This document shows, one piece after another, positions 38,832 through 47,676 of a DNA stretch of 64,000 nucleotides. Made by a program: the position numbers and the translations under genes. Position 1 is the first letter of the stretch. Every line of letters begins with the position of its first letter. Source of the DNA: Agathobacter sp. (GTDB taxonomy: Bacteria; Bacillota; Clostridia; Lachnospirales; Lachnospiraceae); NCBI GenBank assembly GCA_036309165.1, contig JAXJUI010000053.1, forward strand, positions 1,447-65,446. The letters run 5' to 3'. The notes under the pieces were generated by a model, which saw only the letters and a program-made list of their open reading frames with translations, made no database searches and was not told the origin of the DNA.

Positions 38832-38843
38832 CTTTGATTTAGT

Positions 38844-38890
38844 AAAAAACAAAAAATATTGGTGATGCCCTACTAGGTCACCCCCAATAT
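38844..38890 (-). terminator. Intrinsic terminator after flgE
   Basis: AUAUUGG...CCAAUAU stem (imperfect upper part) followed by UUUUUGUUUUUU. Confidence 0.65.
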
Positions 38891-38910
38891 GTTGATTTTT
38901 ATACTATTTT

Positions 38911-40512
38911 TTATCTCTTAAGATTGATAAGTTCTTCCAAAAGTGTATCTGATGTAGTAATAACACGAGAATTTGCCTGGAAACCACGCTGTGTGATGAT
39001 CATATCTGTAAACTGTCCAGAAAGATCAACGTTGGACATTTCTAATTCACCAGTAGAAATTTTACTACCATCTGCTGTAATTTCTACACCAATTCCATCG
39101 AACTCACCTGAGTTTAATGTTGTCTTATAACAGTTATTTCCAACTTTCTCCAAACCGGATGCATTGCTAAACTGTGCAGTTGCAATCTGGCAAAGAAGAA
39201 CTGTATTACCATTATCATATGAACCATAGATACATCCATCTGCATCAACAGAAATGCCTGTTAACGCACCAAGTTTTTTACCTGTACCATCACCAACGAT
39301 ATCACCTTTTAAAATTTTTGCTGTTGAAGTACCGTTGTTGTTGTAATTTAACATTGTTGAACAATCGATTTCAATATGTGCAAAGTTACTTCCTGCCACT
39401 CCTGTTTCAGGATCAATTGTTTTTGTTAGTAATTTCTCCATTTTTAAATATACAGAATCTGATGAAAAATCAGCTGCACCATGTACATCTGTAGTAACTT
39501 CTTCACCTTCTCCAACAGAAACAAAAGTACCTTTGTTCTTATCAAAAATTACTGTATATCCATAATGAACAGTATTATCCGTTGGGTCTGTAAACGTTGT
39601 ACCGTCAGTACCAAATAATTCATTGATTAACAAAGGATCTCCAGTTGCATTTTCAAACACAGCCTGTCCATCCGCATCAACCTCTTGAATTTGTCTTGTA
39701 GGATCAGCTGGATCGGTAATCATTTTAGGCACCTGATATACAAGCCAATCCCCATTTTCATCTTTTAAAATTGATTTACTTTCCGAATCAACAATATCCA
39801 TAAGCGCCATTACATACTGGCCTTCAATCACATCACCATTCGCATCATACTTAGGTGTATATGAATATTTTGCAGTATATGAATATCCAAGGTCATCATA
39901 AAAACCAAGTGTCATAACATAACCTGTTTTACTTGTTACGTTTGAATCGTTTTTATCTAACACACCAGACGCGTATGCTTTTGTTGTAGCTTCTGGAGCG
40001 GATGTCTGATTCTTTGGTGCCATTACCTGAAGAGGTGAAACGATATCTTTTTTAATTTCACCAGTTGTTTCATCAATCTGCCATCCCTGAAGTGTATATC
40101 CGGTAGAACTCATACAAAGATATCCATTTCCATCTACATAGAACGAACCAGCTCTTGTAAAGAAACGGTTTGTTCCATCTGATACAACGAAAAAGTTTGT
40201 TGTCTGGCTATCTGTTAATTTTAAATCAAAAGGATTCCCTGTTGTTTCAGCTGCACCAGCAGATGTAATACTTACTGTTGTTGATGCCGTTGATACACCA
40301 AGACCAATCTGTTTTGCATTCACACCACCAGTTCCAGTTGCACCATTACCTGATGTTGCACTAGAAGTGGTCTGATACATAATTTCACTAAATCTTACTG
40401 ATGAAGCTTTAAATGCTTCTGTGTTTACATTTGCGACGTTGTTACCAATAACGTCCATTTTTGTCTGATGTGTCTTAAGACCTGACACAGCAGAGTAAAG
40501 TGATCTCATCAT
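38911..40512 (-). CDS. flgE: Flagellar hook protein FlgE
   Basis: 'MMRSLYSAVSGL...IGNNVANVNT', 'FTRAGSF', 'LEMSNVDL..QFTDMIITQRGFQANSR'; 533 aa. Confidence 0.93.
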   Translation of the reverse strand: MMRSLYSAVSGLKTHQTKMDVIGNNVANVNTEAFKASSVRFSEIMYQTTSSATSGNGATGTGGVNAKQIGLGVSTASTTVSITSAGAAETTGNPFDLKLTDSQTTNFFVVSDGTNRFFTRAGSFYVDGNGYLCMSSTGYTLQGWQIDETTGEIKKDIVSPLQVMAPKNQTSAPEATTKAYASGVLDKNDSNVTSKTGYVMTLGFYDDLGYSYTAKYSYTPKYDANGDVIEGQYVMALMDIVDSESKSILKDENGDWLVYQVPKMITDPADPTRQIQEVDADGQAVFENATGDPLLINELFGTDGTTFTDPTDNTVHYGYTVIFDKNKGTFVSVGEGEEVTTDVHGAADFSSDSVYLKMEKLLTKTIDPETGVAGSNFAHIEIDCSTMLNYNNNGTSTAKILKGDIVGDGTGKKLGALTGISVDADGCIYGSYDNGNTVLLCQIATAQFSNASGLEKVGNNCYKTTLNSGEFDGIGVEITADGSKISTGELEMSNVDLSGQFTDMIITQRGFQANSRVITTSDTLLEELINLKR

Positions 40513-40624
40513 AAGTCATTGACCTCCTAAGAGACGGCTCATTTTGATTCCTTCTGTCAGTCGGGAACCGAAGCTTCCTGTATGCAAAAACGACTTCTGC
40601 GTTTCACCCTTAAAGGTCCAGCTA
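40513..40624 (-). ncRNA. Putative structured cis-regulatory RNA in the flgE leader
   Basis: 109-nt GC-enriched spacer in an otherwise tightly packed operon; several stems and an anti-SD pairing (see findings). Confidence 0.5.
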
Positions 40625-41026
40625 CATAATTACTGCGCCGTCAATATTTGTAAATACATTACTATTTGTTTCCGTTTGATCCATTGCTGTCACAACGGTC
40701 TGATTTGGGACATTTACAATAAAAGCAAGTGAATCAACTAATACCAGCGATTCCTGAATCCCTTTTTCCTGCGCCATTTTTACACCATTTTCTAATCGTG
40801 CATTTTGGCTTTCTGTTAAATCGATATTACGATCTAAAAGTCTAAGAGAAGCATGTTTTGAAAACTTTAAACTTGAATTTTCAAGAACTGTCTCCATTTT
40901 TTTCTGTCGTAATACGTCTTCAAACAATACATCGGATGTTTTCACGGAATTCTTAACCGTTTTATTGGATAAAAATTGATCCGTAACCTGCTCAATGGAT
41001 GCAAACTGATTTGCGATTGGATTCAT
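40622..41026 (-). CDS. TIGR02530-like flagellar operon protein
   Basis: 'LKFSKHA..RL..RNI', 'A..KG..ESLV', 'TVVTAMD', 'VFTNIDGAVI'; between flgD and flgE. Start MNPIAN with AGGAGG SD. Confidence 0.85.
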   Translation of the reverse strand: MNPIANQFASIEQVTDQFLSNKTVKNSVKTSDVLFEDVLRQKKMETVLENSSLKFSKHASLRLLDRNIDLTESQNARLENGVKMAQEKGIQESLVLVDSLAFIVNVPNQTVVTAMDQTETNSNVFTNIDGAVIM

Positions 41027-41050
41027 ATCATCCCTCCTAAGCATAGAGTT

Positions 41051-41767
41051 TTATTCTTCTGCCTGTTCTATATCTTCTGTCTGTCCTCCATCTTCTATCT
41101 GTTCTCCATCTTCTCCACTTCCAGCTTCCGCCTTTTCTAATTCTGCAATTCGCTTTTCAAGTTTTGAAAGTGTTTCTAAATCCTTTGTAGGTACAAACTG
41201 TTTTTGATAATCCGTCATGCTGTTATATATATCACGAACCTGCTGTACCAAAGATTTTGAAGAAGTTGTAATAACGTCTTCTCCTGGCAACTGTGCAACC
41301 ATGTCCGAAATACTTTTTGAAATGGTAACTGCATCATAATATTCGCTATCGGCAATGGTGTCTAAACTTGACAATGGATATAACTGATCGTTTACAGATA
41401 AAAGAATATCATCTCCCTGATATAATACATAATCAACACGACCATCTACATATGTTGTCTGTCCTGTTGTTTCACTAGTCATTTTAAGGATAACCTGTTT
41501 ACCAACCAAACCACTTGCCATACTACTTTGCTGAGAATTTTCCATAGAAAGTGTCGCTTCTAACTGTGAAAATGTAGCAAGCTGTGCAACATAATCTGTA
41601 TTACTTGTTGGCTCTAATGGATCCTGATACTGCATTTCAGCACATAACAATTGTAAGAACTGATCATATCCAAGATTCGAACCTGTTGGAGTTATTCCAT
41701 TATCTTTTTTAGCTGTAGTATTTCCAGCGTCTAATTTTCCATCTGTTACTGGTGCAATAATTGGCAT
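41051..41767 (-). CDS. flgD: Flagellar hook capping protein FlgD with C-terminal extension
   Basis: 'FLQLLCAEMQYQDPLEP','VAQLATFSQLE','ASGLVGK'. Confidence 0.92.
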   Translation of the reverse strand: MPIIAPVTDGKLDAGNTTAKKDNGITPTGSNLGYDQFLQLLCAEMQYQDPLEPTSNTDYVAQLATFSQLEATLSMENSQQSSMASGLVGKQVILKMTSETTGQTTYVDGRVDYVLYQGDDILLSVNDQLYPLSSLDTIADSEYYDAVTISKSISDMVAQLPGEDVITTSSKSLVQQVRDIYNSMTDYQKQFVPTKDLETLSKLEKRIAELEKAEAGSGEDGEQIEDGGQTEDIEQAEE

Positions 41768-41791
41768 GTTTTACTCCTTTCACGTATAAGC

Positions 41792-43177
41792 CTATGCTGT
41801 TAAATCTACTGAGTTTCCATTATCTTTCATTATTTGTGCAACTAATTGTTCTTCTTCTGTCATAAGACCAGATAACTCGTCTAACGATGATAAGTTGATA
41901 TTTCTTCTATGCGTTGACATTTCCTCTTGATGTGCTCCCTCTTCTTCTTCACGCTTATGGTTTTGATCCAAATTACGTTCAAATTCATGAGACGCCACTG
42001 TCACTTCAATTGCATCAACCTTAACACCTGATTGATTTAAGTTTTCACGAAGAGTTGCTACCTGTGCTTCTAGTGCTTCTTTTACCACTTCATTTTGTGC
42101 AGCAATTGTTGCACGAACCACACCTTCTTCTGTAGAAACATGTAAGTAAATTTTTCCAAGGTTTTCCGGATTTAATTGCATTTCCATGCTTGATGTATCA
42201 GACGCGATTGTAATCTTAAGATTTTCTGCCACTTGACGTATCAAATCTAATGTATCAACCGACGTATAATTTGTTGGAATTTGTGTTACGTTTTCTGTTT
42301 GAGAAACAGAAATTTCACTCACATTTACTGTTACATGTTCATTTGATTCTCTGATTGGTGAATGTTTTTCACCTTTCGTATCATCATGTTTGTCTAAAAA
42401 ATTCGATTCATCAGAAGTAGAAGTCTCAGTCTTTGTTTCCACAACCACTTCTGTTGCTTCCATAAGTGTTTCATTTTCATCCTCCACACTATTTACTTCT
42501 TCCTGCTGATTATTCAATTCTTTTCCTACTATATTACCTTCAACATCAAAACCATCAATTACGATTTCTTCTTGAAATTCTACTGGTTGCTCAAGTACAT
42601 CCATCATAGCAACTAAATCCTGTAAACCATCATTCGTAAGATCAAGTTTTTCCATTAATTCTGCACCAAGCGCATTTACATCTCCTAACAAGGATTGAAA
42701 ATCCACTTTCATAAGCAAATCCATGTCTTCGGTAATTCCAGTAAGTTCTTTCACAAATGACACTAAGTTCTTTGGATTAAGTAAATCATATAGTGTCATT
42801 CCAAGACTCTCTAATGCAGCTGAAATATCATCCTCCGATACTCCTAACTCATCCTTGATTGTTTCGACCATTTCTTCTTCAAACTCATTCAATTCGTCTG
42901 AATAACCTTCGATTTTTTCTTGAATATCAGGCTGTTTTGCTTCTTCAACAGAATTATCTTTGTACTGATATCTGTCAAAAGAATCATCAATTGCACTTTT
43001 CTTTGTCAAAACCGTCTCGTCCATGTTTAGGTTTTGACCAGCCACCTGATTCATCATCGAACTAAAAACAGCTTGCGCTTCTTCAACGCTCTTATCCATT
43101 TTCTTGGTCGATGTTGCTGCATTTAAATTTGGGGGAGTCTGTGTCTGCCCAAAATTAAATACATTTGCAGTTGTCAA
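41792..43177 (-). CDS. fliK: Hook-length control protein FliK
   Basis: Acidic, C-terminal T3S4 'MQLNPENLGKI...LRENL..SGVKV'; TTG start with GGAG SD. Confidence 0.88.
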   Translation of the reverse strand: MTTANVFNFGQTQTPPNLNAATSTKKMDKSVEEAQAVFSSMMNQVAGQNLNMDETVLTKKSAIDDSFDRYQYKDNSVEEAKQPDIQEKIEGYSDELNEFEEEMVETIKDELGVSEDDISAALESLGMTLYDLLNPKNLVSFVKELTGITEDMDLLMKVDFQSLLGDVNALGAELMEKLDLTNDGLQDLVAMMDVLEQPVEFQEEIVIDGFDVEGNIVGKELNNQQEEVNSVEDENETLMEATEVVVETKTETSTSDESNFLDKHDDTKGEKHSPIRESNEHVTVNVSEISVSQTENVTQIPTNYTSVDTLDLIRQVAENLKITIASDTSSMEMQLNPENLGKIYLHVSTEEGVVRATIAAQNEVVKEALEAQVATLRENLNQSGVKVDAIEVTVASHEFERNLDQNHKREEEEGAHQEEMSTHRRNINLSSLDELSGLMTEEEQLVAQIMKDNGNSVDLTA

Positions 43178-43201
43178 TTTTTCCTCCTTCCGACAACTCG
43201 T

Positions 43202-44044
43202 TTACTCTTCCGGTTCCATAATTTCTGTCACCTTAGCAGCGATTTCTGCATCCATTTTTCCAAGAATATTCGCCCTTGCCTGTGTGTCCATATTCAAAAG
43301 AATTTGCGCAACCAATTCCAAATCATCTTCCATAGTATCAAAGATTTTTGCAGCCTCTTTTGGTTTCATCTGCGCATAGGTGTTTGCATATTCCAAAACC
43401 GCTTCATCATAAACGACTTGTTCAACTACTTGTTTATATAAGACTTCAGCATTCTCCGGATCAATGCTTTCGTAATATATCTTATATTCTTCTATATCGG
43501 GTGAACCTTCTCCAAAAACAACCTCTTCATAGAACTTTTCTTTAATTTCTTCAAACTCAGCTTGTTCCTCTTTATAGACAGAAAGCTCAGCAATTTGTGC
43601 ATTAAGCTCAGCAATCGTATCTGCTGATGATGAATTCGTTCCATCCATTTCAGCAATCTGACCTTCTAACTCTTTAATTCTATCTATCGCATCATCAATT
43701 GAATCAAACTGATACTCTGTACTTTCAGGAATTTCAAGCCCTTCGATATTATCTGGAAGAATCTCTTTTAAGTAAGGAACATCCTTCAAAAGTGGATACA
43801 TAACTGTAGAACCAAATCCACCCACGTCATACTTAATAAACACCGCGATAATTGCAAGCCAAATTACAATCATAAGTAGTGTTACAAACCCAAGTACGAT
43901 TTTACTTCCAACAGATTCATTTTCTTCAATTTCGTCTAATAGCTGGTCTTCATCCTTCTTCTTTTTCTTCTTTTCTTTTTTCTCTTTCTTTTCCTTTTTC
44001 TTTTTTTCCTTTTTATCTTCTAAGATTTCATCTTCTTCTGCCAT
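43202..44044 (-). CDS. MotE/YlxF-like protein (MgtE N-terminal-like domain)
   Basis: K/E-rich N-terminus, TM, coiled coil, 'YAQMKPKEAAKIF...ILGKMDAEIAAKVT'; between fliJ and fliK. Confidence 0.75.
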   Translation of the reverse strand: MAEEDEILEDKKEKKKKEKKEKKEKKKKKKDEDQLLDEIEENESVGSKIVLGFVTLLMIVIWLAIIAVFIKYDVGGFGSTVMYPLLKDVPYLKEILPDNIEGLEIPESTEYQFDSIDDAIDRIKELEGQIAEMDGTNSSSADTIAELNAQIAELSVYKEEQAEFEEIKEKFYEEVVFGEGSPDIEEYKIYYESIDPENAEVLYKQVVEQVVYDEAVLEYANTYAQMKPKEAAKIFDTMEDDLELVAQILLNMDTQARANILGKMDAEIAAKVTEIMEPEE

Positions 44045-44050
44045 AGTGTC

Positions 44051-44500
44051 TTATTCCTCCTCTTTATTGTTGTATGAATAACTCACAAGTTCATCAATTT
44101 CCTTAGATTCTGCAGCTCTCATCTCATTTAGAAAATCAATAAAAGCCTTTTCCCTTAATTTTTCATAAGTTTTTCTTTCCTGCATAATCTCATTAAGTTT
44201 CCTTCGTGCATCCTCTAACTCTGCTTCAGCTTTATGAACTTGTAGCATTTGCCTATGTATCATTGTCTTTATTGCAGATAAATCAGACCTGCAATTTGTA
44301 ATCTTTTTCACTTCCAGATTTCCAAGCATAGACTCTTTTAGCTGTTTTTCATACCCTACTCTTCGAATCAAAAGTTGTTGCAATTTCATTTGTTCTTCTT
44401 GATACTTTCGATTCGCGATACCATAATTTGCCTTCGCTTGTTCTTCTAATTTCTGCTTAATATCTAAGATATTTTGCATAGCAAAACGAAATTTTGCCAT
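44051..44500 (-). CDS. fliJ: Flagellar export protein FliJ
   Basis: 'FRFAMQNIL..K..LEEQAK', 'EKLREK', 'E.KEIDE'. Confidence 0.9.
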   Translation of the reverse strand: MAKFRFAMQNILDIKQKLEEQAKANYGIANRKYQEEQMKLQQLLIRRVGYEKQLKESMLGNLEVKKITNCRSDLSAIKTMIHRQMLQVHKAEAELEDARRKLNEIMQERKTYEKLREKAFIDFLNEMRAAESKEIDELVSYSYNNKEEE

Positions 44501-44508
44501 AATTCCTC

Positions 44509-45819
44509 CTAGTCAGCAAATACCTGATCTAATAATGCAATTTCTTCCTCGAAAGAAAATTTTTCATCTGTTCCCTGACACAAAAAACCATTTACTTCTT
44601 TTATTTTTCGAATTGCATAATCGATATCCGGGTTAGAACCACTTTTATATGCGCCAATGTTAATCAAGTCTTCTGCTTCACTGTATGTAGCTAATACAGT
44701 TTTTAGTTTTCCTGCTAAATCTTTATGTTCCTTCGTTGTAATTGCACTCATACAACGTGAAATACTCTGTAAAATATCAATTGCGGGATAATGATTCTTA
44801 TGTCCAAGTTTTCTATCTAGCATTATATGCCCATCCAGAATACCTCGCGCCGTATCCGTAATAGGTTCATTGAAATCATCACCATCTACAAGAACCGTAT
44901 ACAAACCAGTAATCGAACCAATTTCATTATTTCCGGCACGTTCCAAAAGTTTTGGCATCTCCGAATAAACACTTGGTGGATAACCACGTGTTACCGGTGG
45001 TTCTCCTGACGCAAGACCAATTTCTCTTTGTGCCATCGAAAAACGCGTCATTGAGTCCATCATAAGTAAAACATCTTTTCCTTGATCACGGAAATATTCC
45101 GCAATCGCGGTTGCTGTTTTTGCCGCTTTATTACGAATTAACGCTGGCTGATCTGATGTTGCAATGACAAGAACCGAACGAGCCATACCTTCAGGACCAA
45201 GGTCTCTTTCAATAAATTCTCTTACTTCACGGCCACGTTCTCCAATAAGCGCAACAACATTGATATCTGCTTTTGTATTTCTCGCAAACATACCAAGAAG
45301 TGTACTCTTTCCAACTCCTGAACCAGCAAAAACGCCAATTCTTTGACCTTTTCCCAAAGTAATTAATCCATCCACCGCTTTTACACCAAGTGGAAGAACT
45401 TCTGAAATAATTTCTCTATCCATAGGATCCGGTGGCATCGCTTCAACCGGGTATTGCGCCGTCAAATTAAGATTTGCTCCATCTGTCACACGGCCAATTC
45501 CATCTAAAGTATGACCGAGCAGTTCTTCACCAACAGAAACAGATAATGGATGTCCCGTATTTTCTACGACACATCCAACTCCAACGCCTTCGGCATGATC
45601 ATACGGCATCAAAATAAGGCGGGCATCACGAAAGCCTACCACCTCTGCCATAAAAAACTCTTCGTGATCTTTATCAAGAAAAATCTTGCACAAATCATTT
45701 AACTTTGCTTCTGGCCCAATTGATTCAATTGTAAGTCCAACAATCTTGGATACTTTTCCATAACTCTTGTAATAAGTCTTATCACATAAATCTAAATACT
45801 TTTCTGCTTCTTTAATCAC
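44509..45819 (-). CDS. fliI: Flagellar export ATPase FliI
   Basis: 'AGSGVGKS', 'GERGREV', 'GYPPSV', 'LDGHI'. Confidence 0.97.
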   Translation of the reverse strand: MIKEAEKYLDLCDKTYYKSYGKVSKIVGLTIESIGPEAKLNDLCKIFLDKDHEEFFMAEVVGFRDARLILMPYDHAEGVGVGCVVENTGHPLSVSVGEELLGHTLDGIGRVTDGANLNLTAQYPVEAMPPDPMDREIISEVLPLGVKAVDGLITLGKGQRIGVFAGSGVGKSTLLGMFARNTKADINVVALIGERGREVREFIERDLGPEGMARSVLVIATSDQPALIRNKAAKTATAIAEYFRDQGKDVLLMMDSMTRFSMAQREIGLASGEPPVTRGYPPSVYSEMPKLLERAGNNEIGSITGLYTVLVDGDDFNEPITDTARGILDGHIMLDRKLGHKNHYPAIDILQSISRCMSAITTKEHKDLAGKLKTVLATYSEAEDLINIGAYKSGSNPDIDYAIRKIKEVNGFLCQGTDEKFSFEEEIALLDQVFAD

Positions 45820-45838
45820 TCGTAAACCCCAACCTGTA

Positions 45839-46675
45839 TTAGCTGCAAAGAGACTTAATATCTTTTGTCAAATTTGTAAGCTCCATGTCAATTCCACAAT
45901 TAAACACTCCATGGTCTGTCTCAATCAGACAATCAGAAGCATCTAAATTTGCATCATTAATAATTTCAATAGAAATCTCACTACCAATTCGATCTTTAAT
46001 CTCACCAAGACGTGAATCTAAAAATCTATGATTCGCCTCCGAAACACGAATTCGTATTTCTTTTCCTGGTTCGATATTCATTAATGTATTTTTGACAAGA
46101 TGTAATAAAATATCTCTCTTTTCGTCATATTGAATATGAAACACTTTCGTAAAAACTTTAATAATTGCATCTACAATATCACTTTCCATTTCTTCCATAC
46201 GAGTTTCATATTCTTTTTTTAATTGCACATGCCTGTCTTGAAGTTCTTGTTCCATTTGTATTCTTAACTGTTCTGTTTCAGAAACGCCTTCTTTTTGACC
46301 CTCCATAAAACCTAACTGTTTTTGTTCCTCAAACAAATTTCTAGCTTCAACCTGTGCCTGTTCAAGAATCTGTCTGGCTTCTTCCCTTGCATTTGTAAGA
46401 ATTTCTTCTGCTTCAGTTCTTGCCTGCTCTAGAATTTCTTCTGTAGAAATTTCTGGTTCAACTTCAATCACAGGAACTTCTAATCCTTGGAAATCATCCG
46501 CTTCTTCAGATTCTTCCTGATCAAAATTTCGAAAACGGAGTCCATTTCCACCTTTATCATTTGCTTCATTTTCTACTTGAAGCTTCATTCTTTCTTCTAA
46601 AATTGCATTTGCATTAATGATTCGTTTTTCTGAATTAGACCCAATCACATAATGCTGTTTCAAAAGATTAGACAA
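45839..46675 (-). CDS. fliH: Flagellar assembly protein FliH
   Basis: AxxxA/GxxxG heptads 'GFMEGQKEG', 'DCLIETDHG'. Start moved to TTG with GAGGTG SD. Confidence 0.85.
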   Translation of the reverse strand: MSNLLKQHYVIGSNSEKRIINANAILEERMKLQVENEANDKGGNGLRFRNFDQEESEEADDFQGLEVPVIEVEPEISTEEILEQARTEAEEILTNAREEARQILEQAQVEARNLFEEQKQLGFMEGQKEGVSETEQLRIQMEQELQDRHVQLKKEYETRMEEMESDIVDAIIKVFTKVFHIQYDEKRDILLHLVKNTLMNIEPGKEIRIRVSEANHRFLDSRLGEIKDRIGSEISIEIINDANLDASDCLIETDHGVFNCGIDMELTNLTKDIKSLCS

Positions 46676-47672
46676 CGATATCGTCACCTCCACCTCGAGA
46701 AATAACAATTTCTGCCGAATCTTCTAACTTACGAATAACACCAACAATCTTCTGCTGTGCTTCTTCGACATCTTTCATACGTACCGGACCCATGAATTCC
46801 ATATCTTCCTTAATCATAGCAGCAAGACGTTTTGAAAGGTTCTTAAAGATAACATTCTGAACTTCCTCTGTTGAACTCTTAAGTGCAAGTTCAAGGTCTG
46901 CATTATCAACATCACGAAGAACTCTCTGAATTGCACGGTCATCAAGAAGAAGAATGTCTTCAAATACGAACATTTTCTTACGGATTTCATCTGCCAGTTC
47001 TGGCTCTTCAATTTCAAGAGATTCCATAATATGTTTTTCTGTTCCTCGATCGACAGAGTTTAAGATATTTACGATAGAATCGATACCACCAACAATTGTG
47101 TAATCCTGATTTACAAGAGAAGCAAGTTTTCGTTCTAATACACGTTCTACTTCTTTGATTACATCTGGCGAAGTTCTATCCATCATAGCAATACGTTTTG
47201 CAACATCTGCCTGCTTTTCTGGCGGTAGCGCACCTAAAACAAGAGATGCCTGTGCCGGAGACAAATATGATAAAATCATCGCAATCGTCTGTGGATGTTC
47301 ATCCTGAATAAAGTTCAAAAGCTGACTAGGGTCAGTTTTTCGAACAAATTCAAATGGACGAACCTGTAACGATGCCGTAAGTTTTGCAATAACCCCTTGT
47401 GCTTTATCATTACCAAGAGCTTTTTCAAGGAGCTTTTTCGCATAGCTGATACCACCTTCAGCAATATACTGCTGTGCAAGACATACTTGATAAAACTCGT
47501 TTAAGATGTCCTCTTTTGTCTGTGGAGATACACTACGAGTATTTGCAATCTCTAATGTCAACTCTTCAATTTCATCTTCTTTTAAATGTTTAAAAATAGT
47601 GGCAGCTTTTTCTGGTCCAAGTGCAATTAATAAAATTGCGGCTTTCTGCACACCATTATATGATTCACTCAT
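46668..47672 (-). CDS. fliG: Flagellar motor switch protein FliG
   Basis: 'KAAILLIALG', 'EHPQTIA', 'MFVFED', 'MGPVR..DVEEAQ'. Confidence 0.97.
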   Translation of the reverse strand: MSESYNGVQKAAILLIALGPEKAATIFKHLKEDEIEELTLEIANTRSVSPQTKEDILNEFYQVCLAQQYIAEGGISYAKKLLEKALGNDKAQGVIAKLTASLQVRPFEFVRKTDPSQLLNFIQDEHPQTIAMILSYLSPAQASLVLGALPPEKQADVAKRIAMMDRTSPDVIKEVERVLERKLASLVNQDYTIVGGIDSIVNILNSVDRGTEKHIMESLEIEEPELADEIRKKMFVFEDILLLDDRAIQRVLRDVDNADLELALKSSTEEVQNVIFKNLSKRLAAMIKEDMEFMGPVRMKDVEEAQQKIVGVIRKLEDSAEIVISRGGGDDIVV

Positions 47673-47676
47673 AGTC

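Noticed and set aside
38804..38847. Invertible promoter (phase variation) at motA
   Set aside because: The 20-nt spacer is much shorter than known invertons and no recombinase is in the window; kept only as a possible operator.
40544..40732. 62-aa plus-strand ORF across the flgE leader
   Set aside because: Antisense to the operon, TTG start without SD, no motif; the RNA-structure explanation fits better.
41345..41375. Sigma-28 promoter inside flgD (GCCGATAG)
   Set aside because: The -35 is poor (TCAA) with short spacing and the site lies in coding sequence; likely chance.
43955..44020. Poly-A-rich tract in the MotE/YlxF-like gene as a phase-variable slippage site
   Set aside because: Runs are at most about 7 nt and interrupted, the frame is intact, and the tract simply encodes a Lys/Glu-rich tail.
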